Shown here: positions 9,972 to 18,850 of the stretch, one piece after another
Numbering within the stretch: position 1 is the stretch's first letter
Layout of the letters: every line of letters starts with the position of its first letter
Virus record (IMG/VR): IMGVR_UViG_3300048901_000333
Location: 1 to 50,212 of that record
Strand: one strand, 5' to 3'
Length of the DNA stretch: 50,212 nucleotides
Origin: a virus
Taxonomy: Duplodnaviria; Caudoviricetes
The notes under the pieces: generated by a model
Told to the model about the DNA's origin: nothing
The model's input: only the letters and a program-made list of their open reading frames with translations
Databases searched by the model: none
Translations under genes and position numbers: made by a program

Positions 9972-11576
9972 GTGATCTACGACGCGCACGGTCGCCCCTA
10001 CGAAGCGCCGGTGAAGCGCGCCGACGGCTGGGAGAATTTCTCCACCGGGATCGGCACGCTGGGGGACAAGACGACGCGCGGCCGCTTCACCACGGTCCAG
10101 CGTCTCAACGACACCGAGCTCACGAACCTCTTCAACGGCTCGAGCATCGCGGCCAAGGTCGTCGAGAAGCGCCCGACCGAGATGTTCCGGGCGGGGTACA
10201 AGCTCAAGGCCAACGACGTCGGCGAGGACGACGCGAAGGACCTGCAGGACTACGCCAACGAGGAGCTGCACGTCGACGAGTGGTTCCTCACCGCGAAGGT
10301 CTTCGAGGGGCTCTACGGCGGCTATCTCCTGGTGCTCGGCGCCGACGACGGCGGCATGCCGTGGGAGCCGCTCGTCGAGGAGCGGATCAAGACGTTCGCG
10401 TGGATCAACGGCATGGACCGCCGCTTCGCGTACGTGAACGAGTACTACCCCGACGACCACCCGAAGGCGGGGCAGCCGATGACGTACCTCACGTCCAACG
10501 CGGTCGCGACGCCCTACTCGGGGACGAAGCTCCGCGGCGGACTGAAACAGACGAGCGCCTCGAGGCTGCGCGCCGCCGGCTTCTCGACCGCCATCATCCA
10601 CGAGACCCGGTGCATCCGCTTCGGCGGCGTGCGCACCGACGTCCTGTCGATGCAGTCGCTCGCGGGCTGGGGCTGGTCGCTGCTCCAACGCATCTACGAC
10701 GGCCTGCGGAAGTTCGAGCACGCGTTCGACGCGACCTCGTACCTCCTGAGCGACGCCTCGCAGGCCGTCTTCAAGCGGAAGGGGCTCTTCTCCGCCATCT
10801 CGAACGGGCAACTCGACGCCATCCGCCAGCGCCTTCGGCTCCTCGAGGAGTGGCGCTCGGTCGCGCACGCCGTGCTCCTGGACTCGGAGGGGGAGGAATT
10901 CGAGCGCGCGCCGACGAGCTTCGCCGGCATCTCCGACCTCCTCGACAAGATGATGCTCAAGTTCGCCGCCGAGGCGGACACGCCGGTCACCGAGATCTTC
11001 GGGCGCGCCGCGAGTGGCCTGAACGCGGCCGCCGGCGCCGATAGCGAGACGCGCAAGTGGTACGACAAGATCCGCGGCGAGCGCGAGACGCAGCTCGCGC
11101 CCATGCAGCGCCGGGTCTACCGGCTCATCGCGCGATCGCAGGACTGCCCCGTCACGCTGCCGAAGGGTGACGCCGCCAGCGGCATCAAGTGGACGATCGA
11201 CTACGGCGCGCTGTGGGAGCCGACCGACCAGGAGCAGGCCGAGACCGACCTCAAGGTCGCGCAGCGCGACGCCATCTACGCCGGGCCCAGCGGCATCGGC
11301 GCGTACACCGCCGAGGAGATCGCGATCGAGCGGCAGCGTCTCTATCCGTCGGCCGACATGGAGTCGCGCGAGGCGGCGATCGAGGGGGCGACCGCGTTCG
11401 ACCCGTACGAAAACGACGAGCCCGACGAGCCGCCGCCCGGCACCGTGCCGCCGGGCACGCCGGCCCCTCCAGGTGCGCCGCCGGCGCCCGTGCCCCCTCC
11501 CCCGCCGGCGCCGGCGGGGAAGCTCCCCGCGAAGAAGACGGCGAAGAAGACGCCCCCGCCGACGAGGGGCGCGTGA
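9972..11576 (+). CDS. Portal protein (DUF1073-like), inverted relative to other head genes
   Basis: RADGWENF.TG.G, WGWSLLQ, TPVTEIFG and LWEPTD.E.AE motifs; Pro/Lys-rich tail. Confidence 0.85.
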   Translation: MIYDAHGRPYEAPVKRADGWENFSTGIGTLGDKTTRGRFTTVQRLNDTELTNLFNGSSIAAKVVEKRPTEMFRAGYKLKANDVGEDDAKDLQDYANEELHVDEWFLTAKVFEGLYGGYLLVLGADDGGMPWEPLVEERIKTFAWINGMDRRFAYVNEYYPDDHPKAGQPMTYLTSNAVATPYSGTKLRGGLKQTSASRLRAAGFSTAIIHETRCIRFGGVRTDVLSMQSLAGWGWSLLQRIYDGLRKFEHAFDATSYLLSDASQAVFKRKGLFSAISNGQLDAIRQRLRLLEEWRSVAHAVLLDSEGEEFERAPTSFAGISDLLDKMMLKFAAEADTPVTEIFGRAASGLNAAAGADSETRKWYDKIRGERETQLAPMQRRVYRLIARSQDCPVTLPKGDAASGIKWTIDYGALWEPTDQEQAETDLKVAQRDAIYAGPSGIGAYTAEEIAIERQRLYPSADMESREAAIEGATAFDPYENDEPDEPPPGTVPPGTPAPPGAPPAPVPPPPPAPAGKLPAKKTAKKTPPPTRGA

Positions 11577-11818
11577 GCACCTGGGGCGTATACGTCGCGG
11601 GCCCGGGCATCCGCGGCTGGATACTCCTCCGCCGCCCGCCGGGCGCGTTCGAGACCTTTCCGCTTGAGCGCATGGCCGTCGAGCGGGCGAAGGAGCTGCA
11701 GGCGGAGCGCCCGCACCACCACGTGCGCGCGAAGCCCTACGTCGCCGGCGACGAGCTCCTCGGCGAGCTCCTCCCCCGCGCGCCCGCGCTCGTGCTCCTG
11801 GACGGCCTCGAGGAGTAG
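11573..11818 (+). CDS. Hypothetical protein
   Basis: GTGA overlap with the portal stop; ends 3 nt before gp7. Confidence 0.6.
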   Translation: MSTWGVYVAGPGIRGWILLRRPPGAFETFPLERMAVERAKELQAERPHHHVRAKPYVAGDELLGELLPRAPALVLLDGLEE

Positions 11819-11821
11819 CCC

Positions 11822-12670
11822 ATGGTCACCGTCTCCGACCGCGAGGTCCTCGCGCGCATCCTGGATTACCAGCGCGCCGCGGCCTCTCCCACGCGCGCCG
11901 TGCGCGCCCGCGCCGCACGTCTGCTCCGCGCCTCGCCGGCGGCGGAGTCGCGCTACGTGCGGGACCTCCGCGGCGTCATGAAGGGCGTCCACGCCGGCGT
12001 CGTCGCCGCGATGGAGCTGCCGAAACCGGAAGTCCACACGCGCACGAACCGCCTCGACGCCGTGAAGGTCCTCCCGCCCCAGACGGAGCGGCGGCTCTTC
12101 GCGTACATCGCGAAGCACGTCGGCCCCGCGTTCGACCGCATGGGGGCGGCCGTCGACCGGAGCAACGAGGAGGGGAACGCGCTCCTCGGCATCCGCCCGG
12201 GCATGGTCCCCGGCGCGAACGGCGTCCTCGCCCAGGCGCGCGAGGACAACATCCGGCTCCTCCAGCGCGCGGCGCAGAAGTACGTGAAGGACGTCGAGGG
12301 CGTCCTGCGCGACCCGGACAACCTGGGCCTCCGCGTCGAGGAGCTCGCCGACCTCCTCCAGGAGCGGGCCGACGTGAGCGAGTCGCGGGCGATGCTGATC
12401 GCGCGCGATCAGACGCTCAAGACGAACGCCGCGCTCACGCAGTACCGCCACCGCGCCGTCGGCGTCTCCCGCTACCGGTGGTCGACGTCGCGGGACGAGC
12501 GCGTGCGGCCGCTGCACGAGGCCCTCGAGGGGCAGACGTTCGCCTACGACGATCCGCCGGTCACGACCGAGAGCGGCGAGACGAACAACCCGGGGGAGGA
12601 CATCCAGTGCCGCTGCGTCCCCTTGCCGGTCTTCGGGGACTTCGAGGAGCCGGACCCGGAGGAGGGGTGA
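11822..12670 (+). CDS. Minor head protein (SPP1 gp7/Mu F family)
   Basis: RAMLIARDQT, YRWSTSRDERVRPLH and PGEDIQCRC motifs. Confidence 0.92.
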   Translation: MVTVSDREVLARILDYQRAAASPTRAVRARAARLLRASPAAESRYVRDLRGVMKGVHAGVVAAMELPKPEVHTRTNRLDAVKVLPPQTERRLFAYIAKHVGPAFDRMGAAVDRSNEEGNALLGIRPGMVPGANGVLAQAREDNIRLLQRAAQKYVKDVEGVLRDPDNLGLRVEELADLLQERADVSESRAMLIARDQTLKTNAALTQYRHRAVGVSRYRWSTSRDERVRPLHEALEGQTFAYDDPPVTTESGETNNPGEDIQCRCVPLPVFGDFEEPDPEEG

Positions 12671-12872
12671 CCGCGAGCTCCTCGAGGAGCCGCTCGAGCG
12701 CGGGGAGCGCGGCATCGGGGGCGAGGTCGGTCCGGGCGTGCGTGTGCACCGCACGCGCGAGGCGCTCGAGGAGCTTCCGTTGCTTGGCGAGCTCGGCGAT
12801 CGCGATGCGCAGGAGCGCCCAGCCGACCTGGTCGGCCTCGTCGAGGAGGCGCCCTTTCGCCCGGCGCTTCAC
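12561..12872 (-). CDS. Hypothetical protein
   Basis: GTGA-coupled to the upstream gene; 3' end overlaps gp7. Confidence 0.45.
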   Translation of the reverse strand: MKRRAKGRLLDEADQVGWALLRIAIAELAKQRKLLERLARAVHTHARTDLAPDAALPALERLLEELAVTPPPGPAPRSPRRPARGRSGTGCPPPGCSSRRSRS

Positions 12873-13300
12873 GGCAGCACGATGAGCTTTGGCTTGTCGT
12901 AGATCGGCTTCCAGGTGAGAACCTTCTCGGCGTCGTCCTCGCTGAGGACGTTCTGGGAGAGCAGCGCGTCGAAGAGCGCGTTGTCGAGGGTCGCCTCCTC
13001 GTGGATCTCCCCGCCGCGCCGTTCGAACTCCTTTCGCCCGAGCACCTTCTCGAGCGCGCCGGCGTCGCGATCCGGGTCGAAGCGCTTCAACTGGAACGGA
13101 CCGCACGTGACCTTGCGCTCGCGCACGACCTTCTCGGCGGCGTTCAGGCACGGGTTGTACTTCACCATGATCGCCGCGAGCTCGAGGATCGCCTTCCCGT
13201 GCTTCTTCTTCCAGGCGTCGAGGGCCTCGCGCTGGCGCAAGAACGCCTGCACTTCGAGGATTTGCTTCGCCGGCACCTCTTGAATCTCGGGGCGTCCCAT
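12869..13300 (-). CDS. Hypothetical protein (MGRPEIQ...)
   Basis: Protein-like composition; promoter motif 7 nt upstream. Confidence 0.7.
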   Translation of the reverse strand: MGRPEIQEVPAKQILEVQAFLRQREALDAWKKKHGKAILELAAIMVKYNPCLNAAEKVVRERKVTCGPFQLKRFDPDRDAGALEKVLGRKEFERRGGEIHEEATLDNALFDALLSQNVLSEDDAEKVLTWKPIYDKPKLIVLP

Positions 13301-13326
13301 CGCCGCGAAGCTAGGATTCGCGCTCG

Positions 13327-13533
13327 ATGGCCGACGGCACCCCGAAGCACTGCAGCGCCGCTGGATGCGTGCGCACGATCCGGCTCCAATCGACGACGAC
13401 CGACGGCCAGAAGCGCGAGCTCGCGGACTGGGGCTGGTTCCCGATGGCGCGGAAGGGCGGCAAGCTCGCCGCGTTCTGCCCCGAGCACAAGCCGAAGGGG
13501 ACCCCGAGCTCGATGGGCCGGTCGACGCCCTAG
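13327..13533 (+). CDS. Small Cys/His zinc-binding hypothetical protein
   Basis: CSAAGC...FCPEH. Confidence 0.6.
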   Translation: MADGTPKHCSAAGCVRTIRLQSTTTDGQKRELADWGWFPMARKGGKLAAFCPEHKPKGTPSSMGRSTP

Positions 13534-13543
13534 GCTTCGCCCG

Positions 13544-13786
13544 ATGCTCCACCTTCGCTGCCCCCGCTGCCGCAAGCGACTTCGCATCGACCTCGGCGAG
13601 CTGCAGCCCTTCGACGAGGAGCACGCGAAGCGCCTCGACCAGATATACGCCGATCCCTCGCGGTTCCTCGACGCGATGCTTCGGTCGGTCGGGTGGCTCC
13701 CGCAGCCGCCAACGGCGGATGGCGGGCTCGTCGCCGTCTGCCCGAAGTGCATCCCGAAGGAGCAGGCCGCGGCGCGCCCGAACTAG
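13544..13786 (+). CDS. Zinc-ribbon hypothetical protein
   Basis: CPRC...CPKC; TAGGCT 7 nt upstream of the ATG. Confidence 0.65.
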   Translation: MLHLRCPRCRKRLRIDLGELQPFDEEHAKRLDQIYADPSRFLDAMLRSVGWLPQPPTADGGLVAVCPKCIPKEQAAARPN

Positions 13787-14211
13787 CGCGCCTTCTTCGG
13801 CGTCTCGTCCTCGCGGTACACGAAGCCCTCGCCCGCGGCCTCGTCGGCCGCGAGCACGGGCGAGGCCTCGGCCTCGGCGAGCTTCGCCTTCGCCTCCTCG
13901 ACCGCCTTCTGGTGCTCGGCCTCGGCCTTCGCCTTCGCGGCCTCGGCGTCGGTGTCGATGGGCTTGGCGGGCTCGAACTGGACGACGTTGACGTCATGGC
14001 GCGGGAGCTCGCCGGGCTTGCCGTGCTCCTGCGTGTACCGAAGGTCGCCGCCGGCGGCGACGGTCACCATCGTCCCGAGGAACTTCCCCTTCGCGTCGCG
14101 GAGCTGCGTCACGGAGACGGGGAACTCGTACGAGCCGTTCGGGAGCTTCGGCCCGCGGTCGACGATGCGCACCGTGCCGGGGAACGTCTTCGAGTGCGGG
14201 TGCTCGCTCAT
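13783..14211 (-). CDS. Hypothetical protein
   Basis: 142 aa with an Ala/Glu/Lys-rich helix; promoter motif 6 nt upstream. Confidence 0.7.
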   Translation of the reverse strand: MSEHPHSKTFPGTVRIVDRGPKLPNGSYEFPVSVTQLRDAKGKFLGTMVTVAAGGDLRYTQEHGKPGELPRHDVNVVQFEPAKPIDTDAEAAKAKAEAEHQKAVEEAKAKLAEAEASPVLAADEAAGEGFVYREDETPKKAR

Positions 14212-14342
14212 GCCGCGAAGCTAGTCGGAGAAGGCGTTGTTCATCGCGTCGGCCATGGGGCCACCTCCGCGCGTCCAGGCTCGCGCCGAACGAGACGAAT
14301 GGAAAGCGCGCCGTTACACTGCAGCACACCACGGAGGTCACG

Positions 14343-14465
14343 ATGGCCGCGAAGAAGACTGCGAAGAAGCCCTCGAAGAAGACGACGGTGAAGTCCCCGA
14401 AGGCGGGCGCACCGCGCACCGCGAAGAAGCGCGCGCCGAAGAAGCCGGCCGCAAAGAAGGACTGA
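14343..14465 (+). CDS. 40-aa Lys/Ala/Pro-rich histone H1-like peptide
   Basis: MAAKKTAKKPSKKTTVKSPKAGAPRTAKKRAPKKPAAKKD; GGAGG SD and TACACT upstream. Confidence 0.7.
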   Translation: MAAKKTAKKPSKKTTVKSPKAGAPRTAKKRAPKKPAAKKD

Positions 14466-14467
14466 AG

Positions 14468-14825
14468 GTGGACGCCGCACCCGTGTCGCGGCGCTGCGGC
14501 GCCGTCGGGTGCGGCGCTTCCCAGCCCGAGGGGCATGCCGGCCCGCGCTGCTACTGGTGCGGCGCTGAGGTCGTGACGGTCGCCGAGCTCGGGTCGTTCG
14601 CGGGGGACGCCTGTCGACGTCAGCATCACCACTCCGCCGCGCCCGCCGGCGCCACCGGGGATCGACTGTATGGGGTGCGGGCGCAACATCGCGCGCGATG
14701 AAAAGAAGTGCCTCGTCTGGGACTTGCACGACCCGAGGCGAGAAATCGTGCTGTGCAGCGAATGCGCGCGTCACCAGGCGGCGAAGCGCGGGGCGCTCAC
14801 CTATATCGAGGGCCTCGAGGAGTAG
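14468..14825 (+). pseudogene. Double zinc-ribbon protein interrupted by a frameshift at the G5 run 14602-14606
   Basis: Removing one G joins CGAVGC/CYWC with CMGC/CSEC in one ORF that fills the gap to the TerL stop. Confidence 0.45.
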
Positions 14826-14826
14826 G

Positions 14827-16386
14827 TCAGCTCCCGAGGAGCGAGCCCCCTTCGCGCCCCAGGCGCCCCATGGCGTGCATCCACAGGCCGCCGCCGCCGT
14901 TCGTGGCGACGTGGTTCAGGAGCGCGACCGCGGGGGCGTAGTCGCAGTGGCGGCCGTCGGCCGTGATCGGGAGCGCGATGCGCTGCGACTGGTTCGTCAC
15001 GACCTTCCGCACGGCGAGGAGGTCCCCTTTGACGTACGGGTCCGGGTGCAGCTCGAAGGTCGCGCCGAGGACGCGCATGCGGAGCGCGTCGAACATCTTC
15101 ACGATCTCCGCCTGGGTCATCTTCACCTGCGTGATCGTGAGCCCCATCGTACCCGCGAGGTCCACGATGAAGTCGCTCGCGTAGCCGTCGCTGTGCACCT
15201 CGTTGACGCCGTACGCGGCGAGGTCCTTCCGGATCTCCTCGAGGACCTCGCGGGGCTTTAGCGGGTTCGAGGGCGTGGGCACCCACTGGCGCGCGTACGC
15301 CATCTCGATCGACGTGTTGCCGTTGTCGTCGAAGCGCAGCGCGCCGATGACGAGCGTCCAGGCGTTCCGCCGCGTCGCCGGGTCCATCGCGGCGAAGTAC
15401 GGCAGGCGCGGGTCGCGCGGGAGGTTCCACGCCTTGTGCTTCAGCGTCGCGTGCCGCGTCACCCGCTCGAGCTCCGCCATCGTGAAGAACGCGCTCTCCG
15501 GGTCGGCGAACTCGCCGAGGAAGTCGGTCGTGTAGACCCATTCGCCGCGCGGGCTCGATCGCAGCTTCGCGATCTGCGCGTCGGTCCAATAGACGGGGTT
15601 CATCGCGCGCGACGGCGGGCGGAGCACGACGAGTTGGGGCGAAGGCTTGCCCCACTTCTCCTGGACCATGTCGTACGCGGGCCCGCGCGGCGCCCACGGG
15701 GAGCCGAGGCCCGCGAGCTGCGCGCCCGGGAGGAGCCGCCCGAGGACGGCCTTGCGGGAGTCGTCGAAGTTGATCGCGCTGCCGTCGTCCTCGCCGTTCA
15801 TGCGCGGGAACTCGTCGAAGATGCACCCCGCCGACCAGTCACCGACGAGCGAGCCGCCGGCGCTCGCCCCCGCGGCGATCTCGATGCGGACGACACGCCC
15901 GTCGTCGGGCCTCCGAATCCACACGCACGACTCCGTCGGCTCACGCGCGAGGAGCGGCCGGAGCGCGGGCTGCGTGCGCAGCGGCCCGCGAAGGTGCCGC
16001 ATGATGATTTTCGCCTTCTTCAGCGTGAGGCTCAGCACGCTGACGCACGGCTCCTCCCACGGGCGGAGGTTCGAGAGGTCGACGGTGAGCGCGCAGCGCA
16101 CGGCGAGCGCCGCGCCCGTGAGGCTCTTCGCCGTGCGGATGCCCGAAAGCAGGTAGACCTCGAGCGGCTTCGTGAGGATCGACGGGAGCTCGGCGCCGGC
16201 GGCGACCCCGAAGGCGCGCTCGAGCGAGGCCCGGAGCTCGGGCTCGCCCTCGAGCGCGGGGGCTTGCTCGACCAGGTCGTCGAAGGGGAGGCCGTCGAAG
16301 ATGCGGCACATCGCGCGCTGGCAAAGCGTCGCGCCGGTGAGCCCGAACCCGTTTGGCGAGGTGAGGAGCTGCTCGAGCGTGATCAC
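14827..16386 (-). CDS. terL: Terminase large subunit
   Basis: Walker A-like SGIRTAKS, Walker B CIFDEF, GSPW, FLGEF, nuclease AAMDPA and HCD; GTGA-coupled start. Confidence 0.85.
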   Translation of the reverse strand: MITLEQLLTSPNGFGLTGATLCQRAMCRIFDGLPFDDLVEQAPALEGEPELRASLERAFGVAAGAELPSILTKPLEVYLLSGIRTAKSLTGAALAVRCALTVDLSNLRPWEEPCVSVLSLTLKKAKIIMRHLRGPLRTQPALRPLLAREPTESCVWIRRPDDGRVVRIEIAAGASAGGSLVGDWSAGCIFDEFPRMNGEDDGSAINFDDSRKAVLGRLLPGAQLAGLGSPWAPRGPAYDMVQEKWGKPSPQLVVLRPPSRAMNPVYWTDAQIAKLRSSPRGEWVYTTDFLGEFADPESAFFTMAELERVTRHATLKHKAWNLPRDPRLPYFAAMDPATRRNAWTLVIGALRFDDNGNTSIEMAYARQWVPTPSNPLKPREVLEEIRKDLAAYGVNEVHSDGYASDFIVDLAGTMGLTITQVKMTQAEIVKMFDALRMRVLGATFELHPDPYVKGDLLAVRKVVTNQSQRIALPITADGRHCDYAPAVALLNHVATNGGGGLWMHAMGRLGREGGSLLGS

Positions 16387-16772
16387 CGGAGCCCTGCCCG
16401 GGAGAGCAGCTCGACGAACGGACACGTGGGCTTGTGCCTCGACGGCTCGGGATATTTACGCGCAGCGCACCATGGGCAGATGGTGAGGCCGCCAACGTCA
16501 CCTCCGCTCCACTCCGCGTCGAGGAGCAAGCGGGCCATGTCCGGTGCGCAGCCCTCGCCTGAGGCGCGGCCGTGCGCGAGGCCTCGTTCGTACCAGAGCT
16601 TCGCGATCGTGTCGGCCTCGCCGCCGCAGCGTTGGCACCGCCACCGCTTGCCGAAGGAGGGCGGCTGACCGGGCGTCGTGTCCTCGAACGCGTGTGGCCC
16701 AGGGCAGGCATCGAGGGCGGCGCTGTTCGCCTTCACCTTCTCCCAAAGGGCCTTCGCTTCGTCGGCGGTCAT
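16383..16772 (-). CDS. Cys-rich hypothetical protein
   Basis: ATGA-coupled; CQRC and CPWC. Confidence 0.65.
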   Translation of the reverse strand: MTADEAKALWEKVKANSAALDACPGPHAFEDTTPGQPPSFGKRWRCQRCGGEADTIAKLWYERGLAHGRASGEGCAPDMARLLLDAEWSGGDVGGLTICPWCAARKYPEPSRHKPTCPFVELLSRAGLR

Positions 16773-17320
16773 CCCAGCGCTCCTTCCAGTCCTCCCGCGC
16801 CCCACCCGCCGCCGGCGTCGCCGCCGCTCCCCTTCCCCTTCTTCGCCCCCGTGCGGAGCTGGACGAGCTGCGCGAGGAAGCGCAGCGCCGCGAGCATCGA
16901 GTTGGCGCGCGCCGGGTCGAGCGGCGCGGTGGCCGCGAGCTGCCGCGCGATGCGCATATGCCTCTTCGTGCCCTGCTCGCCCTCGAGCAGCTCCTTCACG
17001 AGCGCGCCGAGCTCGCCCTCCTCGAGGACGACCTCCACGGCGACGCCGGCGCGGAGCTCGGTGTGGATGCGCGCCACCTCGCGCGCGATCTTGTCGAGGC
17101 TGCCGAGGGGGCCGTCGAGGTCGCCGGGCTGCCGCCGCTTGGCGCCGTTCGCGCGACGCTCGTCAGCGAGCGCGGGGTCGTGCGACCGGCAAAACGCCTG
17201 CCCGGCCTTGAGCCAAGCGATGCATTTTACGGTCTTTCCGGGGGGGCCGGGGCAGCGGCGCCGAGCGGGGGTCGCCGGCGCGTTGCCGGGCGGGTCACCG
17301 GGGCGGGTCGGAGGGGTCAC
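16769..17320 (-). CDS. Possible terminase small subunit
   Basis: N-terminal C-C-CxxH knuckle and helical body, upstream of terL; start uncertain. Confidence 0.4.
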   Translation of the reverse strand: MTPPTRPGDPPGNAPATPARRRCPGPPGKTVKCIAWLKAGQAFCRSHDPALADERRANGAKRRQPGDLDGPLGSLDKIAREVARIHTELRAGVAVEVVLEEGELGALVKELLEGEQGTKRHMRIARQLAATAPLDPARANSMLAALRFLAQLVQLRTGAKKGKGSGGDAGGGWGAGGLEGALG

Positions 17321-17606
17321 GCCGGGAAGGAGTAGACGCGAGCTCCTCCCAGCACTGCTGGACGAAGGGCCCGAGGCGCGCCCCGTTGTACCCGGCCGCG
17401 CGCAGCATCTTGAGGGCGTGACGGAGGAGTACCCCGGCCATCCCGCACGCGATCTGCTCATCGCGGGAGGCGATGCCGGGCTTCCAGGTCCAGCCCTGGG
17501 CCTCGCGCGCGCGCCGGAGGAGCACGGCCTCGAGCTCCTCGGTCAGCACGCGGTTCAGGCGATCGAAGCACGCGCGGTTCGTCTCTGCGTCGAGGGGCGG
17601 GATCAT
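17295..17606 (-). CDS. Hypothetical protein
   Basis: ATGA-coupled start MIPPLDAE. Confidence 0.6.
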   Translation of the reverse strand: MIPPLDAETNRACFDRLNRVLTEELEAVLLRRAREAQGWTWKPGIASRDEQIACGMAGVLLRHALKMLRAAGYNGARLGPFVQQCWEELASTPSRRDPSDPPR

Positions 17607-17692
17607 CGGGCACGCGTGATGAGCCAGAGCGGGACGATGATCAGGACGACAAAGATGAGCAGACGCGCAACATGCTCGATCGAGTCGATCAC
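17603..17692 (-). CDS. 29-aa single-TM peptide
   Basis: VIDSIEHVARLLIFVVLIIVPLWLITRAR, translationally coupled at both ends. Confidence 0.55.
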   Translation of the reverse strand: MIDSIEHVARLLIFVVLIIVPLWLITRAR

Positions 17693-17976
17693 GCGGCCTT
17701 GCCTGCGTCGACGACGCGCCGGCGCGCGCCCTTCGCCGGGAGCTCGCGGAGCTGGATGCCGCGCTTCTCGAGCGATCGCAGGATGCGGCGGATCGTCTTC
17801 GGATGGACGGGCTTCCCCTTCTTCCACCGCTGGAGCGTCCACCACGACAGGTCCGTATCCGCGACGACTTTGGCGAGCTCCTGGTCGTCGATGGCGATCG
17901 CGGGCCTGACGCGGATGTTCCGCTGGCTAGGCCGCGGCGGCGGCCGTTTGCGAGTCGTGGGCTTGTCCGTGGCCAT
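17689..17976 (-). CDS. Cro/XRE-like HTH protein
   Basis: ELAKVVADTDLSWWTLQRWKKG; GAGGAGG SD. Confidence 0.6.
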   Translation of the reverse strand: MATDKPTTRKRPPPRPSQRNIRVRPAIAIDDQELAKVVADTDLSWWTLQRWKKGKPVHPKTIRRILRSLEKRGIQLRELPAKGARRRVVDAGKAA

Positions 17977-17997
17977 GTCCACCTCCTCGTCCCGAAG

Positions 17998-18807
17998 CTA
18001 GTGACGCCCCGGAGATTCAAGGCGCACTTCGTAGTCAGGGGGATCGACGCCACATCGAAGCCCGACCCCCGCGAATGCGCGCACGGGGCTCGGTGACCAG
18101 GGAACGCGGACGCGCGTCTCACGTACGCCGCGCGCGTCGAGCTGCTCGAGGAGCTCGGCGATGGCGACATGCTCTTGGTGAGCGCGCATGATCGAATCGA
18201 GGCGCCCGCGCAGGGTCAGCGCCGGCACGCGCGCCGCGGCCGCGAACCGGCAGTGCACCTCGAGCAGCTCCTCGAGGGCGGTGCGGGGCGCGGGGACGAC
18301 GACCGGCGCCGGCGTCGGCGGCTCGTCGACGACGGGCTCGAGCTCCTCGAGGTCCTCGTCGTCGTCGGAGCCCCCGAGGAGCCGGCCCATGTGGTCGTCG
18401 TCCTCGAAGTAGGCCATGTCCGGCTTCCGCGCGTCGCGGTGAACTTTCACGATTGAAGCCTTCGTGACCAGGCATTGAAGCTCGTGAAAAATCTTCTTTC
18501 GCAGGTAGCCACTCAGGCGCGACTTGCTCGGGTCGTAGCGGTCCATCGCCTTCATGAGCGCGACGCGCCCGAGGTTGAGGGCCTCGTCGATCTCGATGGC
18601 GTTCGCGCCGCGCACCGACGGCCCGCGCGCGAATCGCGCATGCTCCGGTTTCGGCGCCGCGCCGCGGAGCTGGTGCACCAGGGTGACGACGAGCCCCTCG
18701 TTCTGCGCGAGCAGCTCGCCGAGGAGGCGCCGTCGCGTCGCCGACCCGTCCGGTGCGGCGCGGTATCGGTACATGAGGTCGAGATCCAAACGGCCAACTT
18801 CGCCCAT
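17998..18807 (-). CDS. Sigma-70 region-2 protein with an acidic linker and a C-terminal D5/P4-primase-like winged helix; no region 4
   Basis: NEGLV...EALNLGRVALMKAMDRYDPSKSRLSGYL (sigma2); C-terminus LLEVHCRF...RVPA..L...LDARGV...RAFAGVGLR. Confidence 0.75.
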   Translation of the reverse strand: MGEVGRLDLDLMYRYRAAPDGSATRRRLLGELLAQNEGLVVTLVHQLRGAAPKPEHARFARGPSVRGANAIEIDEALNLGRVALMKAMDRYDPSKSRLSGYLRKKIFHELQCLVTKASIVKVHRDARKPDMAYFEDDDHMGRLLGGSDDDEDLEELEPVVDEPPTPAPVVVPAPRTALEELLEVHCRFAAAARVPALTLRGRLDSIMRAHQEHVAIAELLEQLDARGVRETRVRVPWSPSPVRAFAGVGLRCGVDPPDYEVRLESPGRH

Positions 18808-18815
18808 CTCAGACC

Positions 18816-18840
18816 ATCCTAACCGCGTAAATGTACGCGG
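18816..18840 (-). promoter_or_regulatory. Putative leaderless promoter (TAGGAT) with a palindromic operator for the sigma gene
   Basis: TAGGAT 8 nt before the ATG; CCGCGTA-aatg-TACGCGG at 18823-18840. Confidence 0.5.
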
Positions 18841-18850
18841 AAAACGTGGG

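Noticed and set aside
9972-11576. Anti-CBASS Acb1 label sometimes attached to DUF1073 proteins
   Set aside because: Size, motifs and adjacency to gp7 indicate a portal; no 2H-phosphoesterase HxT pair recognised
17318-17335. CTACTCCTT before the putative terS start as another promoter motif copy
   Set aside because: Does not fit TANNNT spacing, and the start codon is uncertain
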